A stretch of DNA of 64,000 nucleotides from Candidatus Hermodarchaeota archaeon (GTDB taxonomy: Archaea > Asgardarchaeota > Lokiarchaeia > Sigyniarchaeales > SOKP01), in contig JBHLLP010000011.1 in the NCBI GenBank assembly GCA_048885525.1, forward strand, positions 1,552 to 65,551, in the 5' to 3' direction. Under the pieces are notes generated by a model. That model did no database searches and was not told the DNA's origin. It saw only the letters and a list, made by a program, of their open reading frames with translations. This document shows positions 20,433-29,815 of the stretch, piece by piece; within the stretch, counting starts at the first letter, position 1, and each line of letters begins with the position of its first letter. A program made the translations under genes and the position numbers.

Positions 20433-21296
20433 GTGAGAATTAGAAAATATTTAAAAATAGGTAAACCATCAGTAAAAGGAGCGATAATGGTGCTCTTTGG
20501 TATTTTCAATTCTCGGATAGGCATAGGGGTTGAAATCTTCACTATAAATCTTATTTATGGGCCTTTAGCATATCTCTTTCTAGCGCTATCAGGAATATTG
20601 ACAATTAAACTAGTTCAGATTTTAGATAATCCGTCTTATAGTGGTATATTTTCTAAAAAGAGAGCGTTAATTATGTTTGGGGTACTTTTTCTTATTTGTT
20701 TTATTCTAATCATTGTTAATGTAATTGAGAACATGATTATCTATTACTTCAATATAGTTATTATATTTTTTACAGTCTCTATTGGCATTCTTTGGAGTTT
20801 TCTAGGTTTTATTGGTTATAAGAATAAAAAAAAGGTCGGATATATAAATATTTTAATTATATCTCTTACATTTTCAATCGGATTAATTTACGGAGCTTTA
20901 TTAAATACGTTAATTATACCTATCTACATTTATTTCTTCTTTTTATCTACTCTCTTTCTACAACTTTCGCGAGAATTAGTAAAAGGTTTTAAAATAAATG
21001 ATATAACTGATGATTTTTTAGGATTAGATAGTCGTAATAACCAAAAAAAAGTTTTAAAAGTTTCTTTAATTTTCCAGATTTTAGCAATTGTTTTCTTTAT
21101 ACTTCCCATTTACTCTAATATCTCTTATCCTATCTTGTTTATTGTTTTAATGATTATTGGTATATTTTTTATAAGTTTAGCAGGAATTTTAACATTAAAG
21201 AGCATTTTAGAAAATAATATTTTTCATAGAATAAGTTTAATTTTAAAAATCGGAATACTTTTTGAACTTATCACTCTTCTTATAATTGGTAGTTGA
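20433..21296 (+). CDS. UbiA prenyltransferase superfamily-like membrane protein with degenerate Asp-rich motifs
   Basis: The layout aligns by eye to DGGGP-synthase-type UbiA proteins. KYLKIGKPSV sits at the N-terminus. YSGIFSKKRALIMFGVLF sits where PxSGxxSxxxAl normally follows motif 1. LSRELVKGFKINDITDD sits at the motif-2 position. The NDxxDxxxD motif itself is replaced by QILDNPS. GTG start; alternative ATG at 20487. Confidence 0.45.
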   Translation: MRIRKYLKIGKPSVKGAIMVLFGIFNSRIGIGVEIFTINLIYGPLAYLFLALSGILTIKLVQILDNPSYSGIFSKKRALIMFGVLFLICFILIIVNVIENMIIYYFNIVIIFFTVSIGILWSFLGFIGYKNKKKVGYINILIISLTFSIGLIYGALLNTLIIPIYIYFFFLSTLFLQLSRELVKGFKINDITDDFLGLDSRNNQKKVLKVSLIFQILAIVFFILPIYSNISYPILFIVLMIIGIFFISLAGILTLKSILENNIFHRISLILKIGILFELITLLIIGS

Positions 21297-21448
21297 AGAA
21301 ATTGTATAATTTATTCAAGAAATTTTACTAGTAAGGATCAAATTTAAAAGAAGTAATAAAATCTTGACATATTTTCATACGAAGACAAGGATATATTTAT
21401 AATATATATTAACAAAGAGATATATAATTAGAGATAAATTTATCTAAG

Positions 21449-24400
21449 ATGGTTATTTTGAGGTTACTTTCCCTTAATAAAATGTATAGAAGAAAGAGTA
21501 TTTCTTTTATAAAAGCAAATAAAAAGAAGTTTTTAGCAATCTCATTAATTTCAATTATCTTATTTCAGGTACCAATAGTAAATATAACTAACGTTATTTC
21601 TGAAGAAATCACAAAACCTGAAAATATAAGATCCTCTATTCCAGTAGAAGATGAAGTAGATCAATTTTCGAATTCAACAGAGGAAAAATCAAATATTGAA
21701 AGTATAGTACCGCCTGCTCCGCCTGAAGATATTGTAATCCAATTTTCAAATTCACCCGATGTGGTTTTTGATATTAATTATTATTTTGCTCAAGAAAAAG
21801 TGCAAATAAATATAAGATTAAGGAATAATCTTACTAACCCAATATCTCTTCTTAATTTATGGATACAAGTGAATAAAAGCGATCCAGATGAAAGAATATT
21901 ATTATCTGCTACATTTATTAGTGAGGAGTCTGAAAAATTATCTTTATCTACATTTGATACTTCTGAATCGATGATCTTTCATATAAAATTATATGAAGGA
22001 GAAATAATAGAAGTAAACGAAGAATTTGATGAAGTATTTTTAACTTGGGTTGATCCAGATGGGATTTTTGCTCAGTATAATCCAAATTTACTCTATAATG
22101 ATATTGCAGATGATATTGAGGCTTATTTTGAATATTCAATAGATACAGAAGAACCACAACTTTTTCCACTTATAGAACGTCAATTTTATCAATTTAGAAC
22201 ATTAATGTTTTGTGTTGATTTTAGGATCACTAATTTAATGTCAACTGATTTAGATGTTTTTAATTTTACTTACGTAAAAATCAAAGATTTCACCTCTGAA
22301 CAGTACTTGGATCTTAGTATTCAATCTCCATTTTTATCAAGTTCAGAAATTTCCAATATTGAATTAAGCTATTCTGTATTTAATGACAGAATTGAATATT
22401 ACATAAGTTTTAGCCAAAATGTTATTCTAAGTCCAAATGAATGGTTTAAAATTTTAACTAAATGGGCAGGAGTGCCAGGTGAATCTACAATTGGGCGTGA
22501 TCTAATTATATGGAACACTGGTGACGATGACCCATTTAATTTTGGTTATCCTTTTTATGATATAGGAGATCCATTTTATCCAGTTCTATCACCAGCAGAA
22601 CCAATTGTGGATATTGATTATGATGGTGACGGACTTAGGAATAATGTTGAAATTAGTAATGGATTAAACCCTTATGTGCAAGAACCATGGTTAACTTGGG
22701 AAACCTTAAGAAGTAACCATTATGTTGCCGCACAATATTCATCGGGTCTTGAACTAGGAGGAAAAATAGGGATAGTAATTCCCTCCGATTTCTCTAATAA
22801 TGAGCTAATTATGGATGTCCAATCTCTAGGGGTGCAGGATACTCTAAAGAACATAACTGTTAATAATGAACTTATTTATAATGATATTACCTCTATAGGG
22901 AGATTCAGTCTTGCAAACCCCGCGAATGATTACGTCTATAAAATAAAATTAAGAGTTTCTCATGATGTATATGGAAATATGGTTGCATCAACTTTTTCTA
23001 TAAAATTTTTGATAGGGAATACTGAGATTATTGATATGAGTTCATTTTTTCAACTTGATTCTGATGGGGATGGTTTAATAGATGATTTAGAGGAAAGTGC
23101 CTATGTTGAAGTCCCTGACGTTGATAATGATGGATTAATTGATGGAAGCGATGTCATGCCTTTTACTAAAATTGAATGTGCACCAAATGAAATCTATAAA
23201 CTAAATTTTCCAATATATGATACTAATTCAGAAATTGGAGTAAATATTCAAATTAAACCAACTATAGATGACTATACTGAAACTTTCGATTACCGCGGAA
23301 ATGAACTTTATATATTGCCAGGTTTGCGGATTTATAGTTTAAATGTTGGAGGAGATTATTTACCTGATAATTGTTTTTCAATAGATGATGGTTTAACTGG
23401 GCTTATTAGATTAGTACCTCTTAATAGTTTTGGAAATGAGAAACCATATACCTGGTCTAAGACGTTAATATATGAATCTGCAAATTTAGCAAAAAATGAT
23501 AACCAAATTACATTAAGATTTCAATTATCATGGCTTATTTTTGAGCATGATCCAATAAAAATGGAATCAAAACTGTTGCATATATATGATAACACAAATC
23601 AATATACAATTCAAGGAATTTCAATTACAGAAAATCACCCAACAAATATTGTATTAGGTCTGGTTGATGATGGTAGTGATTATCGAAACACAGGAAAGAA
23701 TGCATTATTAGCAACGTATGATCAAGTATCAAATATTGCTTATGATCCAAATAATTACCCATCAATGGAGTTATTTCCAGCTTCTTGTAATGATCTTAGT
23801 GATGTAAATAATACTAGAGATGAATTACGTAATTATATTTTAGAACAGAAAAATCTAGACATTGCAACTACTAATTTTATTTATCTTACCTATGGATATA
23901 CAATGACCTATAATTTTAAATTATTAATTGATGAATTTGGAAATATTCAAGAAAAATATTATACACCAACAGAAATCAATAATTTCTATTCTCTCCCTGA
24001 AACTTCATTTTTTGGCATTATTACAACCCAACTTATAAGAGATGATTATATTGAATTCGTTAAACAATTTACATATGCTTACAAAAATAAGACTGTTGAA
24101 TCTTTACTTTTCAATATTCAATTTTCAAAATGTAAATATGTTGCTTCTGGATCTGATGAAATTTATTGTTTTGAGGGCATAAAAGAAGAGAGTAATGTAT
24201 GGATCTTTTGGTTTGATTTTAAAGAAAAAGAAAATTTGATAAAAATTCGTAATGCAGAAAGTTTTCAATTTACTTGGAATTTACCTATTTTTAGCTTATC
24301 ATTATCTGGACCAACTAACGAGACTTTGATTGAATTTACAGGACTCTATGACGATATACCTATATTAGGAGATATGTTTAATACATATCTTAAAAAGTAT

Positions 24401-27301
24401 GAAGGTGATAAAGCTATAGGGCAAATACCTGTTAAACTGGCTGAAATTGGAGTATTCATAGGCGCTATTTTAGAAGCTATGGGAAAGTTTGTAGATTGGG
24501 GAGGGCGTGTAGGGTTATTATCAAAAGGTATGGGAGTTTTTAGTTTAATAGTTGGTGGATTGAGATTAGGTTATGGAATTGATCTAATTAATCAAGGAGC
24601 ATATAAAACAGGGATGGCTGAAGTGAATCGAGCGGTAATGTCGATTTATTCAGGTATTTTAGCATTTTGTCCTGCTAATCCCGTGACTTTAGTCCTTACT
24701 GCAATAGTTCTTGTTGTAACGCTGGTAGATTGGATTTGTAGCCTATTTGGGTATGATATGTGGGGTGAGTTATTGGAGTGGTGTGGCCTTGAAGATGCAA
24801 ACCCGGCGTATGAAATCACTGACTATTATTTAAGTTATGATACAGCTTTATTAAAACATCAAGGAAGTTTTAGGGTAGGAGATCAGGTTTCATTTCATCT
24901 TGCATATAAGAATACTGGAAATACAAAAATGTGGCTTAGAGTTAAAATAGGTGCTGGATACCTAGGTGAGTGGGGAGAGGAAACGGAAATGTATACCCGA
25001 GGGGGAAAATATTTTAAAAATGAAGACCAGACAACGGTTACCGATACTTTTGAAGTAGCGTATCCCATGACAGTAATAAAGATTTACACCTCATTAAATT
25101 GGTACTATGATGAGTCAGGTGCGGTTATCGTTGTTGCATATCCTCCATTTATTATATACTATGATCCAGATCCAGTTTGGGGAGGACCTTATTCTAATGT
25201 TGAAGAGGTTACGTTTGATATGCCCGTAATGCCTCAAAACATAAATGAGTTTATATATCTTCTTAGGTCTGGTTTATGGTTCCCAGATTGGATAGCCAGT
25301 CCACCAGAAACCAGTGTTACCCCTATTAAAGATGAAATTATCCCAATTTTTTCTGAGGATTTAGCATATTGGATTAGAATCACGAATAGATTATCCAGTG
25401 AACAAACATTTGATCTTATTGGCTCAAATGAAGAAATGTGGGACTATACTTTTTATAAAAGAAATTTTCTAGGTTATTACACTATTCCAACAACTGAAAT
25501 TACACTTGATCCCTGGGAACAGAAAAAGATCAAAGTTTGGATAACCCCCACTTCAATAAATCCACTCCGACCTGGCAATCATACTTCAATTGTGAGAGTT
25601 CAGAGTCAAGAAGCATCATTCATCAGATCTAATGTTAATTTGGATTATGAAATAATTCCACTTATAGGTTTTAAAGTTGATTTTGACCCGATCTTAATTG
25701 AAGGGTTGGATTTAGGAGGAGATGATTATTTGGCATATTTTATAAATGTTACAAACACAGGGAATTTACATGATAATTATACAGTTGAAATTTTGAATTT
25801 AGATATTGATCTTTATGACCTATATAAATCTGCATTATCCGCTTATCCCTTGAGAATGGATTCATCGTTAATTGTATTTTATATTCCATGGGGTAAAATA
25901 GTATTTCCTGGAGAAATATATTTCAATATTAAAGTAAGTTCACATGCAGATCCTAACCTGATAAAGATGTTTAATTGCATCCTTGATATTCAAGAATACC
26001 ATAGAATGAGCTTTTTCGTTGAGGAAGCCAATTTAACATTAACAGATAGTGATATTTTTGATTATAATTTGCATCTCACTAATTTAGGAAATGTTGAAGT
26101 ACCTTTTAATATATCATATACTAATGTGAGTTTTGCCAATACTTTCATCCCGCAGAGTTCCTATATAATGATTCCTGGTCAATATGAAAATTTTAATTTA
26201 ACTATGATACCATTCGAATTAGGTACTGATTCATTTACCATAACAGCAACAACTCCTTATATTTCCAAAACTATTGAAGCGTATATTACAGTACTTGATG
26301 ATGATATATTACCTCCGTGGTTTGAAGCTGTAATAATCAAAGATAATTGTTTCTTCCTTAATATTTCATTTTTAGCATTTGATGAAGTGGAATGGCATAG
26401 TGATGATATTGGAATAGCAAATATATCTATTTATGTAGATGATGTGCTTATTCATAATTATTTACCCACTCCCTCTGAAACAGAATTCAACTTTACTTTT
26501 ACAAATGATTGGATAATGGAATACGGAAACCATACAATTCGTATAGAAATAACTGATGCTGATAATGATAGGCCGAATGACGCTTTAACTACCATCTTAG
26601 AAGCCACTTTTGAAGTTACTCCTGATGAAATGATGGAATATATTCTATGGGAACTTAGTGAACTTGAGGATTATATAGAAGATGTACTCCCATTTTGCTT
26701 TAATAGACCACTTATTAATCATCTTCACAGAGCTCAATGTAAAGTTTGGTGGGCTTTATATTTCTATAATTTTGGATATGATTCAAAGGCAGTACTTTTA
26801 GATATGTTAGCTAAAGCTAGTTTGGAGTTTTATGATATGTTTATATATGTAGTATTAAAACATCATAGAATTTCTGAAGAAGTTGGAGATTATATTTTAG
26901 CTCAAGTTCATAAAATACGTGATCATTTATCCCTTACTATGGGAGCAATAGTTGGAACTGAAACGGCTCTAGAAATTGCTAATATAATCGTAGAGATTTC
27001 TCAATTCGTGGATAACTTCTCCATATACCATAATTTCTGTTTATATATGGCAATTCAACACTATATTAGATGCGCTATTGGTGAATTAGAGTTTGTTCTT
27101 TATTTAATGAGTAAAGGTTATCTACCAGAATGCTTTATTCTTGAACATATTTCTCACGCAATTTTTAAATTAGAATTAACTCAAAAGAAAATTGAGTGCC
27201 TAGTTAAATGTGGCAAAATATCTGAAGAATGTGGTTTATTGCTTATCGAAAAGATCGAATATTTTATTAGTAAAATTAGTAATTTAGAGAATTTTTTATA
27301 G
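21449..27301 (+). CDS. giant (1950-aa) cell-surface protein with a central TM cluster
   Basis: N-terminal signal anchor (KKFLAISLISIILFQVPIV). DxDxDG Ca-binding loops (DIDYDGDGLRNN, DSDGDGLIDD, DVDNDGLIDG). Gly-rich hydrophobic cluster at about aa 990-1110. CARDB/NEW3-like beta-sandwich signatures (VTNTGNLHDNYTVEI, LHLTNLGNVEVPF, PGNHTSIVRVQS). Helical tail of about 220 aa. Many N-x-S/T sequons. Alternative start at ATG 21482. Confidence 0.7.
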   Translation: MVILRLLSLNKMYRRKSISFIKANKKKFLAISLISIILFQVPIVNITNVISEEITKPENIRSSIPVEDEVDQFSNSTEEKSNIESIVPPAPPEDIVIQFSNSPDVVFDINYYFAQEKVQINIRLRNNLTNPISLLNLWIQVNKSDPDERILLSATFISEESEKLSLSTFDTSESMIFHIKLYEGEIIEVNEEFDEVFLTWVDPDGIFAQYNPNLLYNDIADDIEAYFEYSIDTEEPQLFPLIERQFYQFRTLMFCVDFRITNLMSTDLDVFNFTYVKIKDFTSEQYLDLSIQSPFLSSSEISNIELSYSVFNDRIEYYISFSQNVILSPNEWFKILTKWAGVPGESTIGRDLIIWNTGDDDPFNFGYPFYDIGDPFYPVLSPAEPIVDIDYDGDGLRNNVEISNGLNPYVQEPWLTWETLRSNHYVAAQYSSGLELGGKIGIVIPSDFSNNELIMDVQSLGVQDTLKNITVNNELIYNDITSIGRFSLANPANDYVYKIKLRVSHDVYGNMVASTFSIKFLIGNTEIIDMSSFFQLDSDGDGLIDDLEESAYVEVPDVDNDGLIDGSDVMPFTKIECAPNEIYKLNFPIYDTNSEIGVNIQIKPTIDDYTETFDYRGNELYILPGLRIYSLNVGGDYLPDNCFSIDDGLTGLIRLVPLNSFGNEKPYTWSKTLIYESANLAKNDNQITLRFQLSWLIFEHDPIKMESKLLHIYDNTNQYTIQGISITENHPTNIVLGLVDDGSDYRNTGKNALLATYDQVSNIAYDPNNYPSMELFPASCNDLSDVNNTRDELRNYILEQKNLDIATTNFIYLTYGYTMTYNFKLLIDEFGNIQEKYYTPTEINNFYSLPETSFFGIITTQLIRDDYIEFVKQFTYAYKNKTVESLLFNIQFSKCKYVASGSDEIYCFEGIKEESNVWIFWFDFKEKENLIKIRNAESFQFTWNLPIFSLSLSGPTNETLIEFTGLYDDIPILGDMFNTYLKKYEGDKAIGQIPVKLAEIGVFIGAILEAMGKFVDWGGRVGLLSKGMGVFSLIVGGLRLGYGIDLINQGAYKTGMAEVNRAVMSIYSGILAFCPANPVTLVLTAIVLVVTLVDWICSLFGYDMWGELLEWCGLEDANPAYEITDYYLSYDTALLKHQGSFRVGDQVSFHLAYKNTGNTKMWLRVKIGAGYLGEWGEETEMYTRGGKYFKNEDQTTVTDTFEVAYPMTVIKIYTSLNWYYDESGAVIVVAYPPFIIYYDPDPVWGGPYSNVEEVTFDMPVMPQNINEFIYLLRSGLWFPDWIASPPETSVTPIKDEIIPIFSEDLAYWIRITNRLSSEQTFDLIGSNEEMWDYTFYKRNFLGYYTIPTTEITLDPWEQKKIKVWITPTSINPLRPGNHTSIVRVQSQEASFIRSNVNLDYEIIPLIGFKVDFDPILIEGLDLGGDDYLAYFINVTNTGNLHDNYTVEILNLDIDLYDLYKSALSAYPLRMDSSLIVFYIPWGKIVFPGEIYFNIKVSSHADPNLIKMFNCILDIQEYHRMSFFVEEANLTLTDSDIFDYNLHLTNLGNVEVPFNISYTNVSFANTFIPQSSYIMIPGQYENFNLTMIPFELGTDSFTITATTPYISKTIEAYITVLDDDILPPWFEAVIIKDNCFFLNISFLAFDEVEWHSDDIGIANISIYVDDVLIHNYLPTPSETEFNFTFTNDWIMEYGNHTIRIEITDADNDRPNDALTTILEATFEVTPDEMMEYILWELSELEDYIEDVLPFCFNRPLINHLHRAQCKVWWALYFYNFGYDSKAVLLDMLAKASLEFYDMFIYVVLKHHRISEEVGDYILAQVHKIRDHLSLTMGAIVGTETALEIANIIVEISQFVDNFSIYHNFCLYMAIQHYIRCAIGELEFVLYLMSKGYLPECFILEHISHAIFKLELTQKKIECLVKCGKISEECGLLLIEKIEYFISKISNLENFL

Positions 27302-27510
27302 AACTATTATTTTTGTTTTTATTCTTCTTCTAAATTTTTAGAAATCGTGGATCTTTCTTAAATCTGAATTTCTGAAGAATTTCATCAAGGTTCGATTATA
27401 AGAGTTGGTATGAAAAAATTATAAGAAAATATGAAAAATTGGTCTATATAAAAATTAAATAATAAGAAGCAAAATCTGTAAAATAAGAATCTCTGAATAG
27501 TTGATTTAAA

Positions 27511-28008
27511 ATGAATGGAAAAAGACATGAAGGTCATGAAAGAGAAATACCACATGGGCATATATATCATGCGGTAATGCCAATAGTTTTTGTCTTAATG
27601 TGGATTTTAGATTCAATTATATTTAAAATATCGACAATTTTAAACAATTATGTCCCATTTATAATTCGATTAATATTATTTATATTGGTTTTTGGCATTG
27701 CTCTTATTTTTATTGAACTATCGCATCGAGCTTTATTTAAATCACATAAACCTTCTGATTCATTGATTACCAACGGAATCCTTGGTCATGTGAGAAATCC
27801 AATGTATTCTGGAATATTATTAATTTATGTAGCATTCATACTGTTGTCTATTTCCATAATTAGCATCTTTCTTTTCATTCCAGTTTTCTTAGTCTACAAT
27901 TGGATGGCAAATTTTGAAGAAAACATACTTGAAGATATGTTTGGTGATGAGTATATCCAATATAAAAAGAGAGTACCAAAATGGATTCCTAATCCATTTA
28001 AAAAATAA
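27511..28008 (+). CDS. ICMT/phospholipid methyltransferase family protein
   Basis: LITNGILGHVRNPMYSGILLIY plus the C-terminal EENILEDMFGDEYIQYKKRVPKWIP. Confidence 0.8.
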   Translation: MNGKRHEGHEREIPHGHIYHAVMPIVFVLMWILDSIIFKISTILNNYVPFIIRLILFILVFGIALIFIELSHRALFKSHKPSDSLITNGILGHVRNPMYSGILLIYVAFILLSISIISIFLFIPVFLVYNWMANFEENILEDMFGDEYIQYKKRVPKWIPNPFKK

Positions 28009-28011
28009 AAT

Positions 28012-28647
28012 CTAAGATTTTTCTATCGCTTTTTTTAATAATTTTTGATTAGAATCTGGATAATATTGGGCATATTGTAGTATTTTTTCTTCAGATATTC
28101 CTTCCAATAATTTAGACACCTCAATCAATATTCTATTTTCATTAAGGTGATTAAATTCCCACAAATAAATTAAATCTAAAATTGTTTTTTCATGATCTGA
28201 ATATCTGATTTTATTTTGTATTATACCAAAATTAAAAAGAGCATTTTTGAATCTCAAAAATCTAAACATTTTACCTAAAATCTTTATAGGCTGATTTTTA
28301 AAAATGTAATCATTAATTAAGTACAGACATTTATCTTTGTGATTGTGTTTAATGTTGTTTATATTTAATGCTGTGTATAGCCCAAAATACCAATTATCAA
28401 TTTTTTTTAATTTTAATCCTTTTGCTACAAATTCTAAAATAGAATATTTTAAATGGTTTTTTCTAATTTCGGAAATTGTTTTCATATAGTAAATATCTTC
28501 AATAATATTGACTAAATGTCCACGAGAAGTAAGATAATCCATCGTCCGCCTATAATCGATATACAAATCCTCACAATGCTTTTTCAATTCCTCAGAAGTA
28601 AAAAATTCTTTATTTTCTTTACCTAATTGATCCAAAACGCGACTCAT
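28012..28647 (-). CDS. hypothetical protein, possibly AbiEi-like antitoxin/transcriptional regulator
   Basis: The N-terminal FFTSEELKKHC...YLTSRGHLVNIIEDIYYMK resembles the AbiEi wHTH plus the 'rG.Y' segment. DHEKTILDLIYL resembles the conserved C-terminal block. The similarity is recalled from memory and weak. Confidence 0.3.
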   Translation of the reverse strand: MSRVLDQLGKENKEFFTSEELKKHCEDLYIDYRRTMDYLTSRGHLVNIIEDIYYMKTISEIRKNHLKYSILEFVAKGLKLKKIDNWYFGLYTALNINNIKHNHKDKCLYLINDYIFKNQPIKILGKMFRFLRFKNALFNFGIIQNKIRYSDHEKTILDLIYLWEFNHLNENRILIEVSKLLEGISEEKILQYAQYYPDSNQKLLKKAIEKS

Positions 28648-28902
28648 AAAAAAATCTCAAAAATGTATTTGAATTTAAATAAGTAATAAATTCTGAGTAA
28701 TAATTTTCACTACATTACTAATTAAGATAACATAACTTTTTATCTTTTTGATAAAAAATTTATACAAAATTGGTTTCTTAATTTTAATTTTCCGATTTCA
28801 CCTAATAATATCATCTAAATTTTATTTTAAATATATTAAATGTAATTTAAAAGAAAACTATGATTAAATAAATTTAATATTTAACAAAGAGAAGAAATTA
28901 AT

Positions 28903-29796
28903 ATGAAATTGCTACGTACCGCAGAAAAGAGATTTAAGAACCTTCCAGATTTTCCATTTAAACCTAATTATTTAGATGTTGATGGAATTAGAATTCATTA
29001 TATAGATGAGGGATCGAAAAATACCGAAGTCATCCTTCTCATGCACGGAGAACCCTCATGGTCTTTTTTATATAGACATATGATCCCTATTTTAGTCCAA
29101 GCGGGTTATAGGACTGTTGCCCCTGATTTAGTTGGATTTGGACGATCCGATAAACCAACTGAACAAAGTGATCATTCTTACCGTAGACATGTTGAGTGGA
29201 TAACAAAAGTAGTCATTATGCTCGATCTCAAAAATATTACATTATTTTGCCAAGATTGGGGTTCTTTAATAGGGTTAAGAGTTGCTATTGAAAATCAAGA
29301 ACGTTTTAGTAGGATTGTACTATCAAATGGAGGATTACCCACAGGAGAACAGAAATTAAGTAAGGCTTTTTTAGAATGGCAACATTTTTCTAAGAATACT
29401 ACTAAATTTTACGTCGGTAGGATTATACAGGGAGCTACAATTACTAAATTGCCTAGAAATGTGATCAAAGCATATGATGCACCGTTTCCAGGTAAAAAAT
29501 ACAAAGCGGGGGCTAGAATTATGCCTTCATTAGTTCCGACTACAAAAGATGATCCAGAGCATATTAAGAATAAAAATGCGTGGGAACAGTTTTTTCAATG
29601 GAAGAAACCATTTTTAACTGCTTTCTCTGATAGTGATCCAATTACTAGAGGAGGAGATAAATTTTGGCAGGAAAAAGTTCCAGGCGCTCAAGGGCAAAAT
29701 CATACTACTATAAAAAATGCTGGACATTTTGTTCAAGAAGATAAAGGTCCTGAACTAGCTAATCTAATAATACAATTTATTAAAAAGAACACTTAA
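28903..29796 (+). CDS. haloalkane dehalogenase (HLD-I, DhmA/DhlA-like alpha/beta hydrolase)
   Basis: RIHYIDEG, LMHGEPSWSFLYRHMIP, nucleophile elbow CQDWGSLIGL, acid FSDSDPIT, catalytic His in NAGHFVQED. Confidence 0.85.
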   Translation: MKLLRTAEKRFKNLPDFPFKPNYLDVDGIRIHYIDEGSKNTEVILLMHGEPSWSFLYRHMIPILVQAGYRTVAPDLVGFGRSDKPTEQSDHSYRRHVEWITKVVIMLDLKNITLFCQDWGSLIGLRVAIENQERFSRIVLSNGGLPTGEQKLSKAFLEWQHFSKNTTKFYVGRIIQGATITKLPRNVIKAYDAPFPGKKYKAGARIMPSLVPTTKDDPEHIKNKNAWEQFFQWKKPFLTAFSDSDPITRGGDKFWQEKVPGAQGQNHTTIKNAGHFVQEDKGPELANLIIQFIKKNT

Positions 29797-29815
29797 TCGT
29801 CCTTATATTATTTTT

